Shown here: positions 53,589-64,000 of the stretch, piece after piece
Numbering within the stretch: position 1 is the stretch's first letter
Layout of the letters: every line of letters begins with the position of its first letter
DNA from: Candidatus Binatia bacterium
GTDB taxonomy: Bacteria; Desulfobacterota; Binatia; Bin18
NCBI GenBank assembly: GCA_963664395.2
Contig: OY761159.2
Span: 4,192,001 to 4,256,000 of the forward strand
Reading direction: 5' to 3'
DNA length: 64,000 nt
The notes under the pieces: model-generated
The model's input: only the letters and a program-made list of their open reading frames with translations
What the model was told of the DNA's origin: nothing
Database searches by the model: none
Translations under genes and position numbers: made by a program

Positions 53589-54989
53589 TCAGCCCGCGGG
53601 CAGCGGCGGCAGAGCCGGGGGAACCGACTGCTCTGATTTATTCTGCAGCCAGCGCCGGAATACTCCTTTTGCAATTCGTCCCATGACTGCCGGTGTAAAG
53701 AAGCTGGAGGGGGGCTTGAGCATCTGAAGGACTTCACCCACGTGACGACGGAGGGTCATGTCTTCGATAGCCGCCATGAAGAGGGCATTCATATAGGGGC
53801 CAACAATCCGTGCGCCCCTTGGACGGTCGCCTTCGGTTTCCGGCAAACTAAAGTCGGCTCCGGTGGCGAGACCCCAGGGGTCGGCCTGTACCCGGGCCTG
53901 GGCTTTGAAGAAATGCCGAGACAGTTCCGGATGCGTCGGACCATATTTTTTGAGGCACTCGTCCAGCGTGCCGGCCGAGAGTGTTCCGGTTGTCATGCCT
54001 TGTCCATACACGGGATTAAACGCACACGTGGAGTCTCCTACTGCAATAAAGCCGTCCACGCGTGCCGTCCACTTCTCATAGCGGCGAAATCGATTCGCCA
54101 TTTTTCGGTAGGCATAGACTGAAGAAATGGGCTTGGCCACACGTACCGCGTCGGCCAAGACCGGAGAACGCAGTTGCGACAGCGCTGCCGTAAATTCATC
54201 CTCGTCCTTGGGTGGATAGTGTTTGGAGACTCCGGCCAAGGTCACAATCCAGCGGTTGTGTTCGACCGGGAAGAGCACGCCGGCCAGGGGCTGCTCCGGC
54301 AATTTGAGGTCAAGCCAGATGCCCTTCCACCACCACTCCTTGGGCAGTTGATCTGGAGCCTGATACCAGCGCGAACTATACCCGGTATGGGCATTCACAA
54401 TGGTTTCGTGTGGAGGCGTAATGCCGAGTTCTTGGAGCCAGTCCGGCGCTTTTGATGCCCGTCCACTGGCGTCAACTACCAGGTCGGCCTGAATCGAGGT
54501 GGGTTCACCTGCGGCGCGTGGTACGACATATACCGTATCAATGTGTGGCCGGCCGGTGGCGGTCATGCCCAGGCCGGTCACACTGGTTTGCTCGCGTAAA
54601 TCAACATTGGGCAGCTTATGGAACAACTCGCGGACAGTTGCTTCAATCAGATTACGACTGGCGAACAGCGTAATCATGCCGGTGGGGTGACATCGTTCCC
54701 AGCCCCAGCTCCGGAGTGTTGCAAAGTCGCTGCCAAAGTCTATCTCATGCGCCCCACGCTCAAGCATCAGTGCGTCAAAGCCGGGGAAGAGGCGGTTGAG
54801 CTCTTGTCGGCCGCGTACCAGCAAGGCATGGACGTGGCGGCTCTGCGGAACCCCTGCGCGTTCAAACGCGCCGTCAGGACAGGTATCCCGGTCCAGGACG
54901 GTTACTGTGTCGAAATGAGCGCTGAGTACACGCGCGGTGCATAAGCCGGCCATGCTTCCACCAATGACAACAGCGTGACTGTGGGACAT
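53589..54989 (-). CDS. FAD-dependent oxidoreductase / monooxygenase (epoxidase-like)
   Basis: VIGGSMAG Rossmann motif, GVPQSRHVH, DASGR, GDSTCAFNPVYGQGM. Confidence 0.88.
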   Translation of the reverse strand: MSHSHAVVIGGSMAGLCTARVLSAHFDTVTVLDRDTCPDGAFERAGVPQSRHVHALLVRGRQELNRLFPGFDALMLERGAHEIDFGSDFATLRSWGWERCHPTGMITLFASRNLIEATVRELFHKLPNVDLREQTSVTGLGMTATGRPHIDTVYVVPRAAGEPTSIQADLVVDASGRASKAPDWLQELGITPPHETIVNAHTGYSSRWYQAPDQLPKEWWWKGIWLDLKLPEQPLAGVLFPVEHNRWIVTLAGVSKHYPPKDEDEFTAALSQLRSPVLADAVRVAKPISSVYAYRKMANRFRRYEKWTARVDGFIAVGDSTCAFNPVYGQGMTTGTLSAGTLDECLKKYGPTHPELSRHFFKAQARVQADPWGLATGADFSLPETEGDRPRGARIVGPYMNALFMAAIEDMTLRRHVGEVLQMLKPPSSFFTPAVMGRIAKGVFRRWLQNKSEQSVPPALPPLPAG

Positions 54990-55174
54990 GAGTCGCTCCT
55001 CTTTGTCTGCTTCTTGATAGACCGTACCGCAGTCAAGGTCTCTTTGCTTTTACCCAACCTCAGTCAAGAGGTCCAAACGAAACAGGAGTCTTGTAGCGAT
55101 GGTACGCAGGACGCGGGTATCAACGACCGTGCGCAACGTATGCTACACGCGTGTCCAACCCAGAACCATAAGGA

Positions 55175-55675
55175 CTAGCTGCTCGGCGTTGCCGTGGCTG
55201 ATTCGGCCTGAGGTTCTCTGCCTTGAGATGCCGCCGACGCTGGAGATTCCGGCGGTGCTTCCGCCCCGGGCTCTGCCACAGGGCTGTCCGCTACTGCTTC
55301 AGTCCCAGTCAGCGGAGGGGCAGCGGATTGGGCATCTGGGGCTTGGCCTTCTTGGGTGTCAGCCGGGGGAATCCCGTCTGTTGCCTCGTCCTCTTGGGGG
55401 ACGGCTGGGGCAGGAACATCGTCGAACAAACTTTGCGATGTTTGCCGTGCGAGTCCATAGGTCATGACAAGCGACGTCAACATAAAGAGGATGGCGATAC
55501 CGGTTGTCAGCTTTGTCAGAAAATTGCCTGCCCCGGAACTGCCAAAGACGGTTTCACTTGAGCCACCGCCAAACACGGCCCCCATGTCAGCCCCTTTGCC
55601 GGTTTGTAAAAGTACGACCGCAATCAGAAAAATACAGGCGAAAACATGAAGACCGATGAGGGCTGTGTACATCAT
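55175..55675 (-). CDS. secG: Preprotein translocase subunit SecG with long acidic Pro/Ala tail
   Basis: VLLQTGKGADMGAVFGGG...GNFLTKLT; follows tpiA. Confidence 0.93.
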   Translation of the reverse strand: MMYTALIGLHVFACIFLIAVVLLQTGKGADMGAVFGGGSSETVFGSSGAGNFLTKLTTGIAILFMLTSLVMTYGLARQTSQSLFDDVPAPAVPQEDEATDGIPPADTQEGQAPDAQSAAPPLTGTEAVADSPVAEPGAEAPPESPASAASQGREPQAESATATPSS

Positions 55676-55686
55676 GGGAACGAATC

Positions 55687-56448
55687 CTACTCAAAATGAA
55701 CGATACGAACAAATGAATCAGCTTGTAAGCTGGCCCCACCGACTAACGCTCCATCGATGTCGGGCTGGGCCAGAAGTCCATCGACAGTACCAGGCTTGAC
55801 ACTACCGCCATACACAATACGGACAGCAGCGGCACTCGACTGATCGGCGAGCTCGGCGAGCGTGTTCCGAATGGTAGCATGAACTTCCTGCGCCTGTTCC
55901 GGTGAGGCTGTCTTCCCGGTGCCAATGGCCCAGATTGGTTCATAGGCAAGGACGAGGGCCGCAATGGCTTGGGCGGTCTGACCTGCGAGACCGGCACGAA
56001 TCTGACGTGAGATAACAGCAAGCATATCGCCGCGTTCGCGCTCGGCTAAGGTTTCTCCCACACACACGATGGGCGTCAGGCCGTCACGCTGGGCGGCTTT
56101 GACTTTTTGAGCGACCTGTTCATCGGTTTCTCCATAATACTGTCGGCGTTCCGAATGCCCAATGATAACGTACTGACAGCCAACCGCCTTCAGCATAGGT
56201 CCGGACACTTCGCCGGTGAACGCGCCGTGCGTCTCCGCGTGGAGATTCTGGGCTGAGAGACGGATCGGGCTACCGCGCAGCGTTCGGGCCGCGGTTTCCA
56301 AAGCGGTGAAGGGTGGAGCGACCACGACTTCTCGATCCGAAAGCGTAGCTGGAATCTGCGCCACCAGAGCCGAGAGCAGCTTGGCTGTCTCAGCCGGTGT
56401 GTTATGCATTTTCCAGTTGCCGGCAATAAGGGGCAGCCGCGTGGACAT
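55687..56448 (-). CDS. tpiA: Triosephosphate isomerase
   Basis: AGNWKM, GHSERR, AYEPIWAIGTG, YGGSV, LVGGASL. Confidence 0.98.
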   Translation of the reverse strand: MSTRLPLIAGNWKMHNTPAETAKLLSALVAQIPATLSDREVVVAPPFTALETAARTLRGSPIRLSAQNLHAETHGAFTGEVSGPMLKAVGCQYVIIGHSERRQYYGETDEQVAQKVKAAQRDGLTPIVCVGETLAERERGDMLAVISRQIRAGLAGQTAQAIAALVLAYEPIWAIGTGKTASPEQAQEVHATIRNTLAELADQSSAAAVRIVYGGSVKPGTVDGLLAQPDIDGALVGGASLQADSFVRIVHFE

Positions 56449-56469
56449 GGGTTCTCCGAGGTATGGTGG

Positions 56470-57510
<1,041 letters not shown>

Positions 57511-57550
57511 CTAAGCTTTTTTCATACTTTCATGTCCGGTGAAAGCCCGT

Positions 57551-57586
57551 CAAGTAAAAATGGTTGACCAAGTAAAAACGATTGAC
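57551..57586. repeat. 18-bp direct repeat in the divergent gap/tolQ promoter region
   Basis: caagtaaaaatggttgac followed by caagtaaaaacgattgac. Confidence 0.8.
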
Positions 57587-57704
57587 TCGATTCTCTGCGT
57601 GTATTAGTGCTACCAAGAGGTGGTCGTGATGTGAGGCTCTCGCGACTGGGGCCGAAACAACCAATGTATGCCAACTGGTGTTCGTGGAGGGCGGGGAGTG
57701 GATT

Positions 57705-58451
57705 ATGGATGGTTTTCTTGGGCGTTTTGCGATTCAAGCCGACATTCCGCTTCGGCAGTCCCACAGCATTATTGATATGGTTACAGGCGCAGGACCGGTG
57801 GTCCTGGCCGTCCTCTATATCCTCTTGGGCTTCTCCATCGTGAGTTGGGGCATCATGCTCTATAAATTCCGCCAACTGCGTCAAGCCAGGCGGGAGTCCG
57901 AGCGCTTTACCACGATATTTTGGGAAACCAAGAATCTCCCCGCTATTCACACGGCAGCACTCGAAATGAAGGAGAGTCCGCTCGCTCAGGTCTTTCGCGC
58001 GGGCTATCAGGAACTCATGCGTCTTACCCGGACGAGGAAGTCGCCTGAAGTGTCCACCGGGCCTGTTCCGCCGACCATTCTGGAAGAAGGCGGGATCGAT
58101 AATGTCGAGCGAGCTATGCGCCGTGCCTCGCGCGAGCAGGTGACCCGCTTAGAGCGCGCCCTGACGTTTTTAGCCACAACGGCAAGTACCGCGCCGTTTA
58201 TCGGCCTCTTTGGGACGGTCTGGGGCATTATGAATGCCTTCCGGGGCTTGAGTCTCACGCGGACATCGACCATTCAAGCCGTAGCTCCGGGTATTGCTGA
58301 GGCGCTGATTGCAACCGCGATTGGCCTAGCTGCCGCGATTCCCTCAGTGATGGCGTACAATCATTTCAGCCGAAAAGTCCGAGTCCTGGCAACCGACATG
58401 GAAAATTTCTCAGCCGAATTCCTCAATATTGCCGAACGTCACTTTCTCTAG
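57705..58451 (+). CDS. tolQ: Tol-Pal system protein TolQ
   Basis: PFIGLFGTVWGIMNAF, VAPGIAEALIATA; first gene of the tol operon. Confidence 0.95.
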   Translation: MDGFLGRFAIQADIPLRQSHSIIDMVTGAGPVVLAVLYILLGFSIVSWGIMLYKFRQLRQARRESERFTTIFWETKNLPAIHTAALEMKESPLAQVFRAGYQELMRLTRTRKSPEVSTGPVPPTILEEGGIDNVERAMRRASREQVTRLERALTFLATTASTAPFIGLFGTVWGIMNAFRGLSLTRTSTIQAVAPGIAEALIATAIGLAAAIPSVMAYNHFSRKVRVLATDMENFSAEFLNIAERHFL

Positions 58452-58470
58452 ACGAGGAGAATTGCAGACT

Positions 58471-58908
58471 ATGGCCTTTGATCAGCACGATGAGGGGAGT
58501 ATTTCGCAGATTAATGTCACACCTTTTGTTGATGTGATGTTGGTGCTCCTGGTCATCTTTATGGTGACCGCGCCTATCCTTCAGCAAGGCGTCAATGTCG
58601 AGCTGCCGGCGGTAGAGGCCGGCCCCCTCGTATCTGATACGGAGGAGCAATTGGTTGTCGCTGTAGATAGTGAGGGGCACGTCCACCTGAATGATACGCT
58701 GCTCGACTTTGGCTCTTTGGGTGAAAAACTGGCGGCAATTGTGAAGCTGCGGCCAGACCGGCCCGTCTATCTCCGAGCGGATAAAGATGTTGCGTATGGC
58801 AAGGTGGTTGCGGTTATGGCTGCAATACGGAAGGCTGGTATAGCAAAGCTCGGCATGGTGACTGAGCCACTTCCAGAAGATGACTTCACGGAGCAGAACG
58901 AATCCTGA
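58471..58908 (+). CDS. tolR: Tol-Pal system protein TolR
   Basis: INVTPFVDVMLVLLVIFMVTAP; AGGAG RBS. Confidence 0.95.
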   Translation: MAFDQHDEGSISQINVTPFVDVMLVLLVIFMVTAPILQQGVNVELPAVEAGPLVSDTEEQLVVAVDSEGHVHLNDTLLDFGSLGEKLAAIVKLRPDRPVYLRADKDVAYGKVVAVMAAIRKAGIAKLGMVTEPLPEDDFTEQNES

Positions 58909-58914
58909 GCTGCG

Positions 58915-59868
58915 ATGGGAAAAAATCAAAAGAATCAAAAAGATCAAAAGGGCACTGAACCGCGCGACGCTCCGCCTAAGGATAAGCGGCTGGGCCGCAT
59001 GGTGATGCTTTCCGGGCTGCTCCACGTCGGGCTGCTCCTGGTGCTGGTCTCTGCTGTGAACCGTCCCCAGTCAACGACGCTGATGCCCCAAACCTACACA
59101 GTCTCTCTGGTTGCTCCGGCTGCCTTGGGACTCTCCGAGCCCACGCCAGCGCCCAGCCCCAAGAAGATAGAATCTGCGGTCGTTTCGCCCTCACCAAAAC
59201 CCAAACCGCAGAAAGTGGAGCAGAAGAAACCAAAAAGAGAAAAGGCAGCAAAGAAAAAGAAACCAAACGTAGCCAAACCCAAGAAGAAAAGGGCGGTTAC
59301 AATAGCGTCGAAGAAACCGCCGCCACCAAAGAAAAAAGAGCCGGCAAAAACAGAAGTGAAAAAATCTCAGGCCAAAAAGACTGAGAAAGAAAAAAAAACG
59401 CCGCAGAAAGCATTGTCTCCCCCAGAGCCTGCTGATCAGCGCATGAGTGCCGAGAATCGCGACCAGCAGATAGTGGCTGCGTTAGAGAAGATACGGCAGC
59501 GTATGAAGACTGATGTTGGTCAAGCTGCCTCGGTGCAGGGAGGGAGCGGTGGAGGAGGAGGCGATACTATTCGGGGACTGCCTTTTATTTTGTACACGGA
59601 ACAGGTGAAACGACGGGTGAAACAAAGTTGGATCGTCGCGGAGCAAAAATCTGGACTGACCGCGGTGGTGCAGTTTGGAATCCTGGCAAATGGCGCGGTG
59701 GTCAATGTTGCGCTCGTCGAACGATCGGGGAGTCGTATTTTCGATGAATCGACAATGCGTGCGGTCAGAAAGGCCAGTCCCTTACCCCCGCCCCCAGAGG
59801 CATATCGTGACGAATTTGCCCGGCAAAAAGTGGAGGTCGTCTTTGGCGAACCAGAGCGTTTTCAGTAG
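58915..59868 (+). CDS. tolA: TolA
   Basis: TM anchor with S-x3-H (SGLLH), Lys/Pro-rich linker, TonB_2-type C-terminal domain; lies between tolR and tolB. Confidence 0.88.
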   Translation: MGKNQKNQKDQKGTEPRDAPPKDKRLGRMVMLSGLLHVGLLLVLVSAVNRPQSTTLMPQTYTVSLVAPAALGLSEPTPAPSPKKIESAVVSPSPKPKPQKVEQKKPKREKAAKKKKPNVAKPKKKRAVTIASKKPPPPKKKEPAKTEVKKSQAKKTEKEKKTPQKALSPPEPADQRMSAENRDQQIVAALEKIRQRMKTDVGQAASVQGGSGGGGGDTIRGLPFILYTEQVKRRVKQSWIVAEQKSGLTAVVQFGILANGAVVNVALVERSGSRIFDESTMRAVRKASPLPPPPEAYRDEFARQKVEVVFGEPERFQ

Positions 59869-59881
59869 CAGCCGGAGCAGC

Positions 59882-61180
59882 ATAGGCTGGCGCGGGAAGC
59901 GGTGGGGAGCGCTACGGAGATTCGCGCTGAGTGTGCTGGCTACCGGTATGGTAGGCGTTTCTTCTGTGACGGCCCAAATACGCATTGAAGTCCCGCAACC
60001 CGGTGGGACCGGTATCCCGCTCGCCATTTCTCCACTGGCCAATCCGGCATCTCACGCAGAGGGGAAAATCGGTGAAACTTTTGCCAGCACGATTGCGCGT
60101 GATTTGGCGATGTCGGGCCTGTTCCATATATTGGAGCGGCGTGCCTATATCGAGGGACCGGATGGGTTTATACTGGAAGCCATAAACTTTCAAAACTGGT
60201 CCGTACTGGAAGCCCTCGCCCTGGTCAAAGGCGGATTCTGGCTTGAGGGGGAACAACTCACCGTGGAAGCGCGTCTCTTCGATGTGACTCAACGGAAACA
60301 GCTCGGGGGAAAACGTTATCGGGGACACTCGGGTGAAGTCCGCCGCATGGCTCATCGTTTTGCCGATCAGATCATGCTGTTCCTCACGGGCGAAGAAGGG
60401 CCTTTTAATTCCCAGATCGCCTTTGTCTCTAACCGTGTTGATGGACGAATCAAGGAAGTCTACGTGAGCGATGTCAGTGGAGCCGAAGTCCGCCGTGTCA
60501 CGCGAGATAGGACGTTGAGCCTCGGGCCGAGTTGGAGCCCAACGGGAGAAGATCTCCTGTATATTTCGTACAAGCGTGGCGGCCCTTACCCATTTAAGCT
60601 GGACCTGGCGAGCGGCCGGTCGTCTCGGCTCTATGCCCAGGTTGCGTATGGGGCGAGCTGGGCGCCGGATGGGACGCGGGTTGCCGTCAGTGTTGATCAG
60701 AATGGGGATTCGGATATCTTCCTCCTCTCAGCCCAGGGGCAATTGATCCGCCGTTTAACTGACCACAAGGGTATAGATGTGTCGCCGGCGTGGTCGCCGG
60801 ACGGACGCCGGCTGGCCTTTTGCTCGAGCCGGAGTGGCAGTCCTCAGATCTATACTATGGATGTGCAAACCGGGCGCTCTACACGCCTGACGTTTGAGGG
60901 GCGCTACAACACCGATCCGGCTTGGTCTCCAAAAGGAGACGGTATCGCCTACACTTCCCGTTCCGGTGGATTTCGTGTGATGTGGATTGACGTGGCGGGG
61001 GGAGAAGCTAGGCAAATCACACGTGGCGAACATCCCTCGTGGTCGCCGGACGGGCGCTATCTAGCTGTCGCGCGACGGGGCCGGGTGTATATCGTGAGTC
61101 GCGATGGTCAAAGCATCAAACAATTGACTGGAGGAAATGGAGATGATACTAGTCCGGCATGGTCGCCGCGCCTCTCGTAA
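59882..61180 (+). CDS. tolB: Tol-Pal beta-propeller protein TolB (start uncertain; ATA 59882 proposed)
   Basis: TolB N-domain (AHRFADQI...TGEEGPFNSQIAFVS) and multiple PxWSPDG repeats. Confidence 0.93.
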   Translation: MGWRGKRWGALRRFALSVLATGMVGVSSVTAQIRIEVPQPGGTGIPLAISPLANPASHAEGKIGETFASTIARDLAMSGLFHILERRAYIEGPDGFILEAINFQNWSVLEALALVKGGFWLEGEQLTVEARLFDVTQRKQLGGKRYRGHSGEVRRMAHRFADQIMLFLTGEEGPFNSQIAFVSNRVDGRIKEVYVSDVSGAEVRRVTRDRTLSLGPSWSPTGEDLLYISYKRGGPYPFKLDLASGRSSRLYAQVAYGASWAPDGTRVAVSVDQNGDSDIFLLSAQGQLIRRLTDHKGIDVSPAWSPDGRRLAFCSSRSGSPQIYTMDVQTGRSTRLTFEGRYNTDPAWSPKGDGIAYTSRSGGFRVMWIDVAGGEARQITRGEHPSWSPDGRYLAVARRGRVYIVSRDGQSIKQLTGGNGDDTSPAWSPRLS

Positions 61181-61211
61181 GTACGCGGCGGATAGGGGAA
61201 AATGGAGAAAA

Positions 61212-61751
61212 ATGTATTACAATAAACTTCACGGTGGATGGCTGATAGGCATTCTTTTTCTCTCGCTTGTTCTGGCTGGATGTCCGAAAAAGGCCCCCCA
61301 ACCGATTGCCGGTTCCGGTGCTGGCTCGGGTCTCAGTTCGTCAAATGTGGGTGAATCCGACGTTGGGGAAGAGAAACGCATGCAAGAACGAGTACAGGGA
61401 GAGGAGCAGGCCGGCGGACCATTACAGGATGTCTTCTTTGGCTATGATTCTTTTGAACTCTCTGTCGAGACTCGTCAAACGCTCCAGGAAAATGCAGATT
61501 GGTTGCAGACCAACACGGGTGTCAAGGTGGAAGTCGAAGGGCATTGTGACGATCGTGGAACGGTCGAATACAATCTCGCTCTTGGCGCAAAACGGGCCCG
61601 CGCGGCGCGAGACTATCTCATTACACTCGGGGTATCTCCCGAGCGATTTTCCACAATCAGTTACGGAGAAGAACTGCCCCAATGCACGGACTTGAACGAA
61701 TCATGCTGGCGGCAAAATCGACGCGGTCATTTTCTGATCTTGAATCGTTAG
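61212..61751 (+). CDS. pal: Peptidoglycan-associated lipoprotein
   Basis: LAGC lipobox; EGHCDDRGTVEYNLALGAKRA, ISYGEE, QNRR. Confidence 0.96.
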   Translation: MYYNKLHGGWLIGILFLSLVLAGCPKKAPQPIAGSGAGSGLSSSNVGESDVGEEKRMQERVQGEEQAGGPLQDVFFGYDSFELSVETRQTLQENADWLQTNTGVKVEVEGHCDDRGTVEYNLALGAKRARAARDYLITLGVSPERFSTISYGEELPQCTDLNESCWRQNRRGHFLILNR

Positions 61752-61786
61752 AGACCAGAGGGCTACCCAAGCTGCATGAACACGTT

Positions 61787-62599
61787 GTGAGGCTTATCTG
61801 CGTAGTGACGCTGGGTCTAGGGACACTCTGGGTCGGAGGGTGCGCAACCCAAGCCGATCTGCAACAGGTGCAGAGTGAACGCAGGACAACCCTGACCCAA
61901 GTTGCCAATACGAATGCCTCAATCGAGAGCCTGAGACAGGAAGTGCAGCGCGTGCAAGGTGCGGTTCAAGAACTTGACCACCGCCTCAGTCGTGTCTCCA
62001 AACAAGGAACCGGCACTGCGCCACAACTGCGTAGCCTTGAGGAACGGTTAACGACCCTTGAAGGCCGTATGCGTGATCGTGATGTTGAACGCCGCCCGGA
62101 ATACGGACTTGGCGAACCGACCTTGCCGAGCGCCGCGCCGGCAACGAGTACGCCGTCTCTCCCTTTTGGGCTGCCGGCGGTCTCACCTCTGCCGGCGGCA
62201 CGCTCAGCGGCAACAACCGATACCCCTGAATGTCAGGATCTGTATGGCAAGGCACTACGTCTCTTTCAGGCGCGGGAATATACTGCCTCGATTCAGGAAT
62301 TCCGTGTCTTTCAGCGTAGGTGTCCCGACTCGGAAATGGCGGATGACGCCCAGTATTGGATTGGTGAGAGTCACTACGTTCAGAACGACTATAACCGGGC
62401 TATCCTTGAATTTAACGATGTCCTCTCCTATCGTCGTGGCGATCGCGTTGCCGCAGCCCTCCTGCGCCAGGCCCAGGCGTTCGTCGCTATTGGCGACCAA
62501 ACTGATGCCCGATTGATTCTTCAGAAACTCATCAGCGACCACCCCTCCGCTGCCCAAACGCCCGAAGCGCAAACCCTGCTCCAGACGCTTGGGCGTTAG
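61787..62599 (+). CDS. cpoB: Tol-Pal protein CpoB/YbgF
   Basis: VGGC lipobox, coiled coil, TPRs with AQYWIGESHY; follows pal. Confidence 0.9.
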   Translation: MRLICVVTLGLGTLWVGGCATQADLQQVQSERRTTLTQVANTNASIESLRQEVQRVQGAVQELDHRLSRVSKQGTGTAPQLRSLEERLTTLEGRMRDRDVERRPEYGLGEPTLPSAAPATSTPSLPFGLPAVSPLPAARSAATTDTPECQDLYGKALRLFQAREYTASIQEFRVFQRRCPDSEMADDAQYWIGESHYVQNDYNRAILEFNDVLSYRRGDRVAAALLRQAQAFVAIGDQTDARLILQKLISDHPSAAQTPEAQTLLQTLGR

Positions 62600-62632
62600 G
62601 GTCTGTCCCCGGACTTTTTTGGGGGACTGAGT

Positions 62633-63571
62633 ATGAAGATTATCCGACACGTCTTGCCCCGCGCTCCACTTCCACATCCCGTCGTTGGTCTCGGGAATTT
62701 CGACGGGGTGCACTTAGGACACCGGATGATTCTCGGCCGGCTTGTCGAAGCAGCTAAAGCGCGCCAGGGGACCGCTCTCGCCGTGACGTTTTATCCTCAT
62801 CCGCTTTCTGTTCTGCGGCCCGGCCGTCCAGTGCCGTTGATTCTCAGTTTACGTGAGAAGCTCCGGCGGATTGCTGAGTTAGGTGTTGATGGAGTCGTGT
62901 TGCAGCGGTTTGGACTCGACTTTTCCCAGCTCGCTCCTGAAGTATTTGTGCGTCAGTATTTGCTCGACTCGATTGGTGTAGAAAAGATTCTGGTGGGTCA
63001 TAATTTCAGTTTTGGCCGAGACCGGGCCGGTAACCCCCTGCTGTTAAACTCCCTGGGAAAACAGTGGGGATTTGAGGTGGAGGTGATAGGGCCGGTCTCG
63101 GTGGGGCAGCAAGAGGTCAGCAGTACCATGGTGCGCTCACTGCTCCAAACTGGCAAACTGCACGAGGCAACCAAACTACTGGGGCAGCCGTATGCCGTAA
63201 GCGGCCGGGTCGTTAAGGGATTTCAGCGCGGTCGGCAGATCGGATTCCCGACCGCGAATATACGCCCTCGGACATCTGTGCTATTGCCCAATGGAGTGTA
63301 TGCGGTACGGGCTGATGTGGACGATGTGGAGTATAATGCCGTAGCAAATGTTGGGGTCAATCCCACTTTTGGCGAAAATCAGCGGACGATTGAAACGAAT
63401 CTTTTTGACTTTTCCGCTGATCTCTATGGAAAACGTATTCGGGTGAGCTTTGTCGAGCATCTCCGGGAAGAGCGCAAATTCTCGTCGGTCGAAGAACTCG
63501 TTCAGCAGATACGAGAGGATGCTGAACGTGCTCGTAGCCTCCTCTCGGCATCTGAGAATACCCCCTCGTGA
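62633..63571 (+). CDS. ribF: Bifunctional riboflavin kinase / FAD synthetase
   Basis: GNFDGVHLGH, VSST, GRQIGFPTAN, LREERKF. Confidence 0.96.
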   Translation: MKIIRHVLPRAPLPHPVVGLGNFDGVHLGHRMILGRLVEAAKARQGTALAVTFYPHPLSVLRPGRPVPLILSLREKLRRIAELGVDGVVLQRFGLDFSQLAPEVFVRQYLLDSIGVEKILVGHNFSFGRDRAGNPLLLNSLGKQWGFEVEVIGPVSVGQQEVSSTMVRSLLQTGKLHEATKLLGQPYAVSGRVVKGFQRGRQIGFPTANIRPRTSVLLPNGVYAVRADVDDVEYNAVANVGVNPTFGENQRTIETNLFDFSADLYGKRIRVSFVEHLREERKFSSVEELVQQIREDAERARSLLSASENTPS

Positions 63572-64000
63572 CGATCCAACATTTCCAGGTTTCGTTAGTC
63601 CAAGTCAGTCAGCGTTTAGACCTGGTAGTTGCCGACCTAGTGGGGATCAGTCGGTCTCAGGCAAAGCTGTTGATTAAACATCGACACGTTTTGGTAGGCG
63701 GAGCTCCCCAAAAGGCAAGCTATCCTGTCCGTGGCGGTGAGAGCATAGAAGTCTCTCCCCTCCTTCCACAACCAACGACCGCTACGCCCGAAGATATTCC
63801 GCTCGATATCTTGTATGAAGATGACTGTCTGGCCGCGATTAACAAACCGCCCGGTATGGTCGTTCATCCAGCCCCTGGTCAGTGGCATGGTACGGTGGTG
63901 AACGCCTTGCTGTCATACTGGGGGTGGCATGCTGAGGAAGCGTCGCTCCGTCCGGGGATCGTGCATAGACTTGATAAAGATACATCCGGCGTCTTGCTCG
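63568..64000 (+). CDS. rluD: RluA-family pseudouridine synthase with S4 domain (3' end outside window)
   Basis: GTG overlapping the ribF stop; translated by hand to QRLD...EDIPLDILYED...NKPPGMVVHPAPG...RPGIVHRLDKDTSG. Absent from the ORF track because it is truncated. Confidence 0.92.
   Translation, partial: MTIQHFQVSLVQVSQRLDLVVADLVGISRSQAKLLIKHRHVLVGGAPQKASYPVRGGESIEVSPLLPQPTTATPEDIPLDILYEDDCLAAINKPPGMVVHPAPGQWHGTVVNALLSYWGWHAEEASLRPGIVHRLDKDTSGVLL

Overview
A gene-dense, mostly housekeeping chromosomal window from a diderm bacterium of moderately high GC. Gene content and order suggest a deltaproteobacterial-like lineage such as Binatia; this is inference only. In order, it holds guaB(partial)-guaA-dnaE-hflX-pgsA-like, a tandem EthD gene, a double-domain thyX, a three-gene biotin-dependent acyl-CoA carboxylase, a six-gene TonB2/Ttp-type energiser cluster with no receptor, and an AT-richer MmeI-like restriction-modification gene. 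Next come an EMO/FadF-type membrane Fe-S oxidoreductase, an Frc-like CoA-transferase, frmA, a long-form ispH, degQ, an ActP-like symporter, tRNA-Phe, yhhQ-gshB-rsmE-prmA-M16 peptidase, tRNA-Leu, secG-tpiA-gap, and tolQRAB-pal-cpoB-ribF-rluD(partial). I found no CRISPR array, prophage, integrase or intact transposase. Best leads: (1) imperfect ~35-bp inverted repeats bracket the MmeI-like gene; (2) a phage-replication-initiator-like winged-helix gene heads a wHTH-HEAT-DegQ unit with no prophage context; (3) a single-base frameshift splits dnaE, probably an assembly error; (4) a ~110-bp IS5-family relic retains both terminal repeats; (5) a small four-Cys protein and a structured leader precede the EMO-type gene; (6) tolB apparently starts at AUA; (7) a small AT-rich islet lies at the tRNA-Phe 3' end. 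None of these is demonstrated to be a new system from sequence alone. All family assignments come from motif recognition, not database searches.
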